From: Polyangiales bacterium
Lineage (GTDB): Bacteria; Myxococcota_A; Polyangia; Polyangiales; Polyangiaceae
Direction: 5' to 3'
DNA: 64,000 nucleotides
NCBI GenBank assembly: GCA_038230375.1
Contig: JBBRNJ010000005.1
Location: forward strand, 32,001 to 96,000
Within the stretch, counting starts at the first letter, position 1; each line of letters begins with the position of its first letter. The position numbers were made by a program, and so were the translations under genes. This document shows positions 46,990 through 55,364 of this stretch, one piece after another. A model generated the notes under the pieces. That model saw only the letters and a list, made by a program, of their open reading frames with translations, had not been told where the DNA came from and did no database searches.

Positions 46990-48305
46990 GCCCCAGTATC
47001 CAGACCCAGGTGCCGCGCACCGCATCGCTGTCCCCGATCACGTCTGGCGCGACGGTCGCGCAGGCGGGCGCACCTCCCTCCGTGCTCCCCACGCCGTCCG
47101 CGTTGAACCTCCCCGACGCGTTGTCGGCGCTCCTTGCACTGCAGTCTGGTGTGTCGAGCGCACAGCAGGCGCAGGGCCAGGCCGATGCGAAGGTGAAGAG
47201 CGCGGCGCGCGACCTCGCAGAGACGACGCGCAAGTCGCACATCAAGCAGGCCATTGACGCCGCAAACGAGGCGAAAAAGCACGCCGATGACGGCGGCACA
47301 TTTGGCTTCATCACCGACCACATCGGTGTCGTTGGCCTCATCGGGCTGTGCACGGGCCAGTTCTATCTCGTCGCAGAAGACATGGCCGCGCACGCCGCGC
47401 AGAAGAACAATCAGTCGACCAGCGCGCTTGGCGTCGGCGCTGCGCTCGTCGGTGGCCCGCTCGGTGCGGGCCTCGAGCTGGGCATCGAGAAGGGACTCCC
47501 CGAGGACTGGACGAAGCCCATGGAGGAGCTGCCGAGCGTGAAGGACGACGACGTACGTGTCGCGAACAAGGTCGCGCTCACCATCGTGATGGCAGAGGCA
47601 ATGGCAGCAGCCACGGTGGCCTCCGGCGGTGCTGCCGCGCCCACGTACATCGCGCTGGCAGGCATCATGGTCTCCACAGCGACCGAGGTCGGCGACGAGA
47701 CCGGTCTGACGAAGAAGGTGTTCAAGAGCGACGCTGCGACCGCCTCGATGGTCGGCCATCTCACTGGAGCAGCGCTTGGCGCGGCCGCCGGCTTTGCGTC
47801 GGCGTCGAGCGCGTGGAGCTACGTATCGGCGAGCGGTCAGGCCCTCGCTGTCACTGCGCAGGCAAGCCAGCAGACGGGTCTGACGAAGGAACTGGTCGGC
47901 GAGGACGCAGACAAGGTGACGCTCGGTCTCACCATCGCTGGAACGGCTGCCGTTGCAGTGGGTAGCGCCGGTGGCATTCTCTCGGGCCCGGGAGACAAGA
48001 AGCCGAAGGTCGATCGGATGGTCGAGCACGGCAAGAGCGCGAAGCAGATCCTCGACGGCGGAGACCAGGTCTACCGCGGCGTCAACGCGATCGAGCGCGC
48101 GCACTTCGAGCACGTCGCTGGCGTCGAGAACATCGAAGCCAAGCGCCAGAAGCAGCTGATGCAGCGCATCGAGATGGCGATTGACGGCATCATCGACGAC
48201 CTCAAGGAGGCGCAGAAATCACAGAAGCGCGCGACCGAGACCATCCAGGGCGCGATCCAGACCGCCCAGCAGACCACCACCATCGCCATCGGAATGAAAG
48301 GTTGA
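46986..48305 (+). CDS. Major hydrophobic translocator-like protein (SctE: YopB/SseC class)
   Basis: Polar N-terminus, coiled coil, Gly/Ala-rich hydrophobic core (AAATVASGGAAAP...LAGIMV), C-terminal coiled coil; no Sec signal. Confidence 0.7.
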   Translation: MSPSIQTQVPRTASLSPITSGATVAQAGAPPSVLPTPSALNLPDALSALLALQSGVSSAQQAQGQADAKVKSAARDLAETTRKSHIKQAIDAANEAKKHADDGGTFGFITDHIGVVGLIGLCTGQFYLVAEDMAAHAAQKNNQSTSALGVGAALVGGPLGAGLELGIEKGLPEDWTKPMEELPSVKDDDVRVANKVALTIVMAEAMAAATVASGGAAAPTYIALAGIMVSTATEVGDETGLTKKVFKSDAATASMVGHLTGAALGAAAGFASASSAWSYVSASGQALAVTAQASQQTGLTKELVGEDADKVTLGLTIAGTAAVAVGSAGGILSGPGDKKPKVDRMVEHGKSAKQILDGGDQVYRGVNAIERAHFEHVAGVENIEAKRQKQLMQRIEMAIDGIIDDLKEAQKSQKRATETIQGAIQTAQQTTTIAIGMKG

Positions 48306-48312
48306 GACCATC

Positions 48313-49014
48313 ATGAACTCGTTCGCCATCCAGGCCCGCGCTGTTTCCACCACCAGCCCCGTCGACAAAGCAACGAGCGTTGGCGGCGCCGCTCCCGCAC
48401 CGCCGGCATCCGCGCTGCCCACGCCGGAGTTCTCGGGCGACGTTGCGACGGCGCTCGCGCAGCTGATGCTGAAGAGCGAATTCGTTCGCAAGAACCTCGC
48501 GCACGAGGAGCGCAAGGTCGCCGAGGCGGGAATGAAGTCTGCGCAGGAAGCGCAGATCAAGGAGCTCACTACAGAGGCGGACAAGAAGCTCGACGCCGCG
48601 ACGGAAGCAGCCGTCGGTACGATCGGCAATGGCGTTCTATGCGCCAGCACTGCGGCCATGGACATCGCAACGACGAACGGGCCGAACGAACCGCGAAAGG
48701 ACGTCTCGCTGAACGGCGCAAAGATGGACCGACGGGCGGTCTCGCTGGCGTCTGACCGCGACTTTGGAAAGGGAGCTGGAGGCGTCTTCGAAGGGTCCAT
48801 GAAGCTCGACGCCGCCGCAAAGGACCACGAGGCGAGCAAGGCAAACATCCGCGCGAAGGCCGATGAAAACCTCGCCAGCGCGTGGAAAAACAGCATCGAC
48901 GACGCGAAGGACGCGCGACAGGACGCGCAGGAACGCATCGGCCGCGTCCACGATTGGCTGAAGTCACTGGAAGAGACGACGGCGCAGACGACGATGAGCG
49001 CCATCAAGGCGTGA
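48313..49014 (+). CDS. Minor translocator-like protein (SctB: YopD/SseD class)
   Basis: 233 aa, helical, one weakly hydrophobic segment, amphipathic C-terminal helix ending TTMSAIKA; follows the SctE-like gene. Confidence 0.6.
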   Translation: MNSFAIQARAVSTTSPVDKATSVGGAAPAPPASALPTPEFSGDVATALAQLMLKSEFVRKNLAHEERKVAEAGMKSAQEAQIKELTTEADKKLDAATEAAVGTIGNGVLCASTAAMDIATTNGPNEPRKDVSLNGAKMDRRAVSLASDRDFGKGAGGVFEGSMKLDAAAKDHEASKANIRAKADENLASAWKNSIDDAKDARQDAQERIGRVHDWLKSLEETTAQTTMSAIKA

Positions 49015-49043
49015 GAGGTCTCGCGACGCTCCGTAGCGCGTGG

Positions 49044-50168
49044 CTAGGCCTGGAACATCTTCGCGACTTGCTCGTTCAGCGCGACTTCCGTCACGCCCTT
49101 TGCTGCCGCGAGCTCCTTCATGAGCAGGCTCTTTGCTTGATCGAGGAGGCGCCGCTCACCGAAGGACAGGTCCTTGTCGAACTTGAGCCGGTACATGTCG
49201 CGAAGCACCTTCGCCACTTCGTGCGGGGAGCCGCTCTTGATCATCTCCGTGTAGGCACGGAAGCGACGGCTCCACGGCTGCAGGTCAACGGCGACCTCGC
49301 GCGCGCGCATGGTGTCGAGCACGCCATCGGCCTCTTTCGGGCTCATGACGCTGCGCAGACCAGACGGCGATGACACGGGGACCATCACGCGCATGCCGTT
49401 GTCCAGGATGCGAAGGACGTAGAACTCGCCCTTCATGCCGCCGAGCTCGCGCTCCTCAACGGCGATGACCTCGCCGAGGCCATGCTTCGGGTGCACTGCC
49501 TTGTCGCCCATCTTGAGCTTCAGCGGCTTCGTCTGCACCGGCATGATCGGCGCGGTGACTGCGAACGGCGAGAGCCGCGGCGGACGGTTCGGCTGCGGAG
49601 GCGGAGCGGAGTTCGGCTTGCCGTTCGGGCCGGTCGCATTGTTCGCACGCGCGACCTGGATGGGTGCCGGAGGCGGCATCATCGAAGCGGGCCGCGGACC
49701 GACCATCGTCGAGGGCCCGGGTCGGGAGATCGCGGACGGAGGGGGTGACTTCACCAGCGTGGGCCCGGTGGAGATCACGGGCTGGTGCATCTTGCGCGGC
49801 GGCGGCGGCTTCTCCGCCTTCTTCTTGCCCTTCGGCTTGGGCACGAGGACGGGGGAGCTATGCGTGGCGGTCGACTTCACGCCCGCGGACTTTGCGGCAG
49901 CCGGCAGCTCGACCGCCTTGGCGGTGGCCGACTTGGCGGCTGCGGCGGCCTTGGATTCGACGGGCTTCGGCGTGGGTTTGGCAGGCTTGGGGGACTGTTT
50001 CACTTCTGGTTTCGAACCTTTGGCCTTGTTATTCGAGATGGCCCCCGCCTTCGATTCACTCTTCGCGCCCGATTTCGTCGCCTTGGGGTCGACCTTCGCC
50101 GTCTTGGACCCGCTCTTGGAGGCGACCGTCTTGCTCTTGTCGCCCTTTTGCACGGCCTTGCCCTTCAC
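49044..50168 (-). CDS. cdnL: CarD/CdnL family transcription factor with long basic N-terminal extension (probably begins at 50295 across a frameshift)
   Basis: GDKAVHPKHGLG, VMVPV, PWSRRFRAY, VLRDMYRL...KDLSFGERRLL; about 210 aa K/A/P/S-rich N-terminal tail. Confidence 0.85.
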   Translation of the reverse strand: MKGKAVQKGDKSKTVASKSGSKTAKVDPKATKSGAKSESKAGAISNNKAKGSKPEVKQSPKPAKPTPKPVESKAAAAAKSATAKAVELPAAAKSAGVKSTATHSSPVLVPKPKGKKKAEKPPPPRKMHQPVISTGPTLVKSPPPSAISRPGPSTMVGPRPASMMPPPAPIQVARANNATGPNGKPNSAPPPQPNRPPRLSPFAVTAPIMPVQTKPLKLKMGDKAVHPKHGLGEVIAVEERELGGMKGEFYVLRILDNGMRVMVPVSSPSGLRSVMSPKEADGVLDTMRAREVAVDLQPWSRRFRAYTEMIKSGSPHEVAKVLRDMYRLKFDKDLSFGERRLLDQAKSLLMKELAAAKGVTEVALNEQVAKMFQA

Positions 50169-50385
50169 GATTTTTTTCAGAATTTACTTTGGATGTCGAC
50201 GACTTACGAACACCCGCTGCGGCCTTCTGGCTTGCGGCCGGGCTCTTCTTGGCAGAGGGGTGGCGTGCGGCGGGACGTGCGTTGGGGGGCGCCATGTGCA
50301 GGGGGCCGCGTAGCATTTTTCGGGGGTCGTCGTCAATGGGTGACCCCTGAAGGCAGCAGCGCGATTGGGCGGTTGGAGGCCCTGC

Positions 50386-51426
50386 CTAACGCATAATTTC
50401 CGAGATGTGAGCGTCAAGAGCCGTGTGGATGCCGGCCCCGAGTTTCTCGACCTGGAACGCCGCTCCCCAGGTCAGGGCATCGGCTGCCGCAGAGACGGTC
50501 GGCGGCTCCACGGGTGCGTCCAGCCCGAGCAGGCGTCCGAGGGCGTTCTGGCAGATGACATTGGTCGCGGCGGACAGGCGCTCCGCCGCGGCCGGTGCAT
50601 CGTTGCCGAATGCTCCAAGGAGCACGAGGCGCACGCGCAAGGTCTTCCCGGCGAGCGCGACGGAGAGTCCCGCGCCAGTGCACGCACCCAGCAGGCCGCC
50701 CAGCGCGCCCTTCCACTCGCCCTCGAACGGCCCAGGGGCGAGCGCGAGCAGCTCCCCGGGCGGAAGCCGGCGCTCGGCAAGCCCGACCAGCGGCTCCTGA
50801 GCGATGGCAGGCCTGGAGCGCTTCAGCTTCCCTTCGGAGAAGGCCTCGAACGCGCGGAGCGGACCGAAGCGCCCGGCCTCGAGGGCGACAGCCTCGCGCC
50901 CGAACGTGGCGAGCTGCACACGCGTGTCACCGACGTTGCCGAACGCGCGGACGATCGGCGGGTGCGCCAGGTCCACGGCGCGCCCCTCGATCTCGCCACG
51001 GCGCTGCAGCGCTGCCTCGATACGCGCTGGGTCGAACACGCCGCGCGCCGCATACAGCGTTGCGTCGCCATAGTCGGCAACCACGAGCTCCTTCAGCTGT
51101 CGGAGATCGACGCCGCCATGCGCCGCCGCGAACGCGCTGAGACGCGCCTCCGGGAAGATCTCCGCCAGCACGCCCGCGAGCTGCGGCGCCGCGGCGATCT
51201 CTCGAAGCTTCGCCCGGATCACCCAGCGCAGCCCCGAGCCGGAGACACATGCGAGCAGATCGCGATTCGTCACCAGGTCCTGATCGGGCTGCGCGGGCTG
51301 CGGCTTTGGCGCGGACGCACAGCCGTCCAGTCCGCTCAGCGCAAGCGCCCCGCCCAGCGCGGACGACAAGAGCGCCGACAGCACGCGCCTTCGCGAGACG
51401 CCGCTCTCGTTGTCCGCCTCCGTCAC
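50386..51426 (-). CDS. Hypothetical Tat-exported lipoprotein
   Basis: SRRRVLSALL twin-arginine-like motif, hydrophobic stretch, LDGC lipobox; coupled to the tyrS stop. Confidence 0.65.
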   Translation of the reverse strand: MTEADNESGVSRRRVLSALLSSALGGALALSGLDGCASAPKPQPAQPDQDLVTNRDLLACVSGSGLRWVIRAKLREIAAAPQLAGVLAEIFPEARLSAFAAAHGGVDLRQLKELVVADYGDATLYAARGVFDPARIEAALQRRGEIEGRAVDLAHPPIVRAFGNVGDTRVQLATFGREAVALEAGRFGPLRAFEAFSEGKLKRSRPAIAQEPLVGLAERRLPPGELLALAPGPFEGEWKGALGGLLGACTGAGLSVALAGKTLRVRLVLLGAFGNDAPAAAERLSAATNVICQNALGRLLGLDAPVEPPTVSAAADALTWGAAFQVEKLGAGIHTALDAHISEIMR

Positions 51427-52673
51427 GGCTTGATGGTGACGTACGCGAACTTGCGGTTCTTGGAGCCCACGCGCAGCAGGTAGCGCTTGCCACGCTCGAG
51501 CCCGAGCTTGGCATCCGTGACGCGGACCTGGTCCACCTCCACGCCGCCTTGCTCCACCATGCGCTTGCCGTCACTCGTGGAGCTCACCAGTTTGGCCTCC
51601 GAGAGCGCCTTCGCGATCCACAGCGTGGGGCCCTCGCACGCGAGCGTGTGCTCAGCCACGTCTTCCGGGATCGCGTCGCCGCTGTAGACGCGCGCGAACT
51701 CCGCGGCGGCCTCCGTGGCCTTCGCCTCGTCGTGGAAGCGCGTGATGATCTCCTTCGCGAAGAGCGCCTTGATCACCATGGGACTCTTGCCTGTCGTGCG
51801 TTCTTCCTTGAGCGCTGCGATCTCGGCGTTCGTCTTGGCCGAGAGCAGCTCGAAGTAACGGAAGATGACGTCGTCGTCGATCTGCATCACCTTGCGATGC
51901 ATCGACAGCGGCTCCTCCATGAGGCCGATGTAGTTGTCCGCGCTCTTGCTCATCTTCTTGCCGGTGACCTTGCCGTTCACGAGCTTCGCGTCCGTGCCTT
52001 CGAGGATGGGCGTGGTCATCACCATCTGCGGACGCAGGCCGTACTTCGGCATGAGGTCGCGACCCACGAGCAGGTTGAACAGCTGGTCGGTGCCGCCGAG
52101 CTCGATGTCGCAGTCGAGCGCGACGGAGTCGTAGCCCTGGAGCAGCGGGTACAGGAACTCGTGCTGGTAGATCGGCTTCTCGTCCGCGAAGCGCTGACCG
52201 AAGTCGTTGCGCTCCAGCATGCGCGAGACGGTCATCTTCGCCATGAGCTCCACCATCTCACCCGGAGTCAGCTTGTCGATCCACTCCGCGTTGCTCCGTA
52301 GCTCGGTGCGCGCGGGGTCCAGGATCTTGAAGGCTTGCTCGGTGTAGGTCTTGGCGGCGGCGCGCACGTCGTCGCGAGAGAGGCGCGGCCGCAGATCGTT
52401 CTGGCCGGTAGGATCGCCCACCATGGCGGTGAACTCGCCCACGAGCAGGATCGCAGTGTGGCCCAGGTCCTGGAACTGGCGCATCTTCTGGAGCAGCACC
52501 GCGTGTCCCAGGTGCAGGTCGGGCCGCGTGGGATCGAAGCCCGCCTTCACGCGCAGCGGCTTGCCCGAAGCGTGTGATTCACGCAGACGGGCTTCGAGCT
52601 CGGCGCGGACCACGAGGTCCACGACGCCACGGGTGACGGTCGCCATCTGTTCGTCGACGGGTGCGAAGCTCAT
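51423..52673 (-). CDS. tyrS: Tyrosine--tRNA ligase
   Basis: GFDPTRPDLHLGH, YPLLQGYDS, GGTDQ, KMSKS, C-terminal S4 domain. Confidence 0.96.
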   Translation of the reverse strand: MSFAPVDEQMATVTRGVVDLVVRAELEARLRESHASGKPLRVKAGFDPTRPDLHLGHAVLLQKMRQFQDLGHTAILLVGEFTAMVGDPTGQNDLRPRLSRDDVRAAAKTYTEQAFKILDPARTELRSNAEWIDKLTPGEMVELMAKMTVSRMLERNDFGQRFADEKPIYQHEFLYPLLQGYDSVALDCDIELGGTDQLFNLLVGRDLMPKYGLRPQMVMTTPILEGTDAKLVNGKVTGKKMSKSADNYIGLMEEPLSMHRKVMQIDDDVIFRYFELLSAKTNAEIAALKEERTTGKSPMVIKALFAKEIITRFHDEAKATEAAAEFARVYSGDAIPEDVAEHTLACEGPTLWIAKALSEAKLVSSTSDGKRMVEQGGVEVDQVRVTDAKLGLERGKRYLLRVGSKNRKFAYVTIKP

Positions 52674-52708
52674 CGGGCACGCTTCTTACTAGAAGCGGGA
52701 CGATTTCA

Positions 52709-53029
52709 TCAATCGTCGTCGCCGTCGTCACCGCCGGTGATGGCCAGGTGGCGGCTGTTGTTCACGAGCTCCTTCAGATCCTTGCCGACCTTGAAGAAGG
52801 GGAGACGCTTCGGCGGAACCGGGACGGGCGCGCCCGTGCGCGGGTTGCGCCCGGAGTAGGCCTTGTAGGGACGAACGGTGAAGGAGCCGAAGCCTCGAAT
52901 CTCGATGCCTTCGCCCTGCTGCAGCGCCTCGGTCATCGCCTCGAAAACGCAGTTCACGACGAGCTCGGCGCGGGCCTTCGTGAGCTTGCCCCGTTCCGCC
53001 ATCGCGTCGATGAGTTCACTCTTCGTCAT
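52709..53029 (-). CDS. ihfB: Integration host factor beta / HU family DNA-binding protein
   Basis: MTKSELI, IEIRGFGSF, GRNPRTG, PFFKVGKDLKELVN. Confidence 0.88.
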   Translation of the reverse strand: MTKSELIDAMAERGKLTKARAELVVNCVFEAMTEALQQGEGIEIRGFGSFTVRPYKAYSGRNPRTGAPVPVPPKRLPFFKVGKDLKELVNNSRHLAITGGDDGDDD

Positions 53030-53153
53030 GCTGTTCTCCCGCCTTCCCAGCAAAAACACGCGCGCGCAGCGCTTTCAATCTTCCACTACATCGAATTTGC
53101 CCTGGAACGTCAACCTCTTCCGCAGGGCCTGTCGCAGGTGGTGTCCAGCTGTG

Positions 53154-55364
53154 TCACGGCCGAAGAGTCAGCGCATCCAGGTCCATGGTGAGGTGCGGGG
53201 CTGAGCGCGCTCGGTCGTGCGGCGCGTCCTGGGGCGGTGGCCTTGTCACGGTCACCTCCACATGGGCCTCCCGACCGTGAGTTGTGCGTGGCCACGGCCT
53301 GAGAACGACCTGCGCGGGTGGCAGATCCACGCACGTTCCTTCAGGCGGATCGGGGGCGCTGAGGGAGACCGGCCCTTGCTCCGTAGGCACCTGCACCGTC
53401 ATCCTGGCACCCGTGCCGCTCCCGCGGATGCGGACCGACAGCCAGAGCGGCCCCGACACGGGAACAGGCAGCGCGATCTTCACACCCGACACTCCGACCT
53501 CGCCCGCCGTGATCCGGAGCACGCGCCCGTTCGATGCGCACCCACCCGACGCCCACGCCGGAAGCGCGTAGGCGTCTTCCACGGGGCGGAGCGCCTGGGA
53601 CAGTGCAGGCCACTCGTTCTCCGACTCGAACCGGTAGCCCGCAGCCCCGTCGGCGCGTGGTGGAGGCACGTTGAAGGGCGTCAGTCGTGGCGCTGCGCCC
53701 GACTCTCCGCGCTCGTATCGAAACGTGGGGGGTGAGCCGAGCGCGTCGTAGAGCAGGCGATCGGACGCGTCACCACGGAGGCGCGCGACGACGACGCCGG
53801 TCTTCGCGCCATGCGCGTCCGCGTCGACCGCCGGATCGTGGCCCAGCAAGAAGCCGTGGTCCGTGTCCACCAGGACCAGGCCATGCGTGACGCCGGCGGC
53901 GACGAGCGCGTCCCGCTCGAACATGGGGCGCCCTCCTTCGCGGTCCGCGAGCAGCCGATGATCGTGGGATGCGTGAACGGCGAACCCCGCAAGGCCCACG
54001 CCCAACAATACCGTCGCGACACGCGTGTAAGATACACGCTTCAGGCGCTCCATGAGCGCGTGAGCGCCCAGCGCGAAGAGCACGTGCGACAGCGGCAGCA
54101 CGTCCGCGTAGAAGCGCGCGCCACCGCCGGGATAGTTGCCGTCGAAGTAGAACGGGGCGTAGGCCAGAACGAACAGGAAGAAGATGGCGACGCCGAGGCG
54201 CGACGCGGCCCGCGTGCGCGGCGTCCACACCAGCAAGACGAGCGCGAGCGGCTCCACGTTCTGCACGTCGGTCAGATGCGACCGAAGCCTCCGCAGGGTG
54301 ACACCCAGCGCCGAGACCAGGCCGTAGCCGCCTTCCAGCCGCGCGCGCACGAAGTCGCCGTGCTCGAACATGCACCCGACGTCTGCACCGAACCCGTAGC
54401 GGAAGCAGGTGGCAGGGCCGTCACTGCGTGCATAATACAACTGTTGGGCGGAGGCCCAGGGCGAGCCGGCGACTGCATCCTGCGAGGCAAGCAGCAGCGT
54501 GAGCCCGGGCAAGAGGCCCAGCGCGAAGTCGAACAGGGACGCGTGTCTCTTCGCGCGGAGAAGCAGGACGATCGTGACGAGCGCGATCGGCGGCGCAGAG
54601 GCAAGGCGCGTGGCGCCGAGCATGCCGATGCACAGGCCCGAGACCAGCGCGTGCGCGAGGAAGCCGGACGCGCCCGGTGACTCCTGGCAGCGTGCGGCCG
54701 TGAGCGCGAAGGACAGCGCGGTGGCGACCAGCAGCGCCGCGAGCCCGTGCGACATGGTGTCTGCCGTGTGGTACCGCATGGCCGCGCACAGCACCTGCGC
54801 GAGCGCCGCTACCCGCACGACCTGGCTCTTCGCCGCGGCGTCCAGGCTGGTGCGCTCGCACATCTCACGTGCGAGGCGCGCCGTCGCGAAGACCAGCGCG
54901 AACGCGAGCACCGGTCCCACGACCATGGGCGCGCCGAGCCGCACGCCGAGGGAGAGCACGACCGGATAGCCCGGAGGGAATAGCCCCGCGAGGGTCCCCT
55001 CCGTGTCGTCGTAGAGGAGGAACCGCCCGCGGAAGCTCTCGCTCGGGACGGGTATGTGCGACCCGAAGTGTCCGGAGGCGAGGGCGCGCGCCTGGTGCAG
55101 ATATGCAGTCGCGTCGATGATGCGCGGTCCGCCGCGCAGGTAGAACGCCACGTAGCCGAGAGACAGGAACGCTGCGACGAACGCGCATGCAGTCAGCCAC
55201 GCGCGCTCGCTCACGTTCGGCAGGAAGAGGAGCCGCTCTGCCTTCGCGCGCGCAAGCACCAGGGCGCCGAGCCCCGTCGCGAGCGCGGCCCATGCAACGG
55301 CATCCCCTGGCGCGCCCCAGTGGCCAAGCAGGTTGACCAGCCACGGCGTCATTCCGTCAGCCAC
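53154..55364 (-). CDS. Polytopic membrane protein, GT-C-fold glycosyltransferase-like
   Basis: Acidic motif after the N-terminal TMs (IDATAYLHQAR), FPPGYP, many TMs, GARFY, soluble C-terminal domain. Confidence 0.65.
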   Translation of the reverse strand: MADGMTPWLVNLLGHWGAPGDAVAWAALATGLGALVLARAKAERLLFLPNVSERAWLTACAFVAAFLSLGYVAFYLRGGPRIIDATAYLHQARALASGHFGSHIPVPSESFRGRFLLYDDTEGTLAGLFPPGYPVVLSLGVRLGAPMVVGPVLAFALVFATARLAREMCERTSLDAAAKSQVVRVAALAQVLCAAMRYHTADTMSHGLAALLVATALSFALTAARCQESPGASGFLAHALVSGLCIGMLGATRLASAPPIALVTIVLLLRAKRHASLFDFALGLLPGLTLLLASQDAVAGSPWASAQQLYYARSDGPATCFRYGFGADVGCMFEHGDFVRARLEGGYGLVSALGVTLRRLRSHLTDVQNVEPLALVLLVWTPRTRAASRLGVAIFFLFVLAYAPFYFDGNYPGGGARFYADVLPLSHVLFALGAHALMERLKRVSYTRVATVLLGVGLAGFAVHASHDHRLLADREGGRPMFERDALVAAGVTHGLVLVDTDHGFLLGHDPAVDADAHGAKTGVVVARLRGDASDRLLYDALGSPPTFRYERGESGAAPRLTPFNVPPPRADGAAGYRFESENEWPALSQALRPVEDAYALPAWASGGCASNGRVLRITAGEVGVSGVKIALPVPVSGPLWLSVRIRGSGTGARMTVQVPTEQGPVSLSAPDPPEGTCVDLPPAQVVLRPWPRTTHGREAHVEVTVTRPPPQDAPHDRARSAPHLTMDLDALTLRP

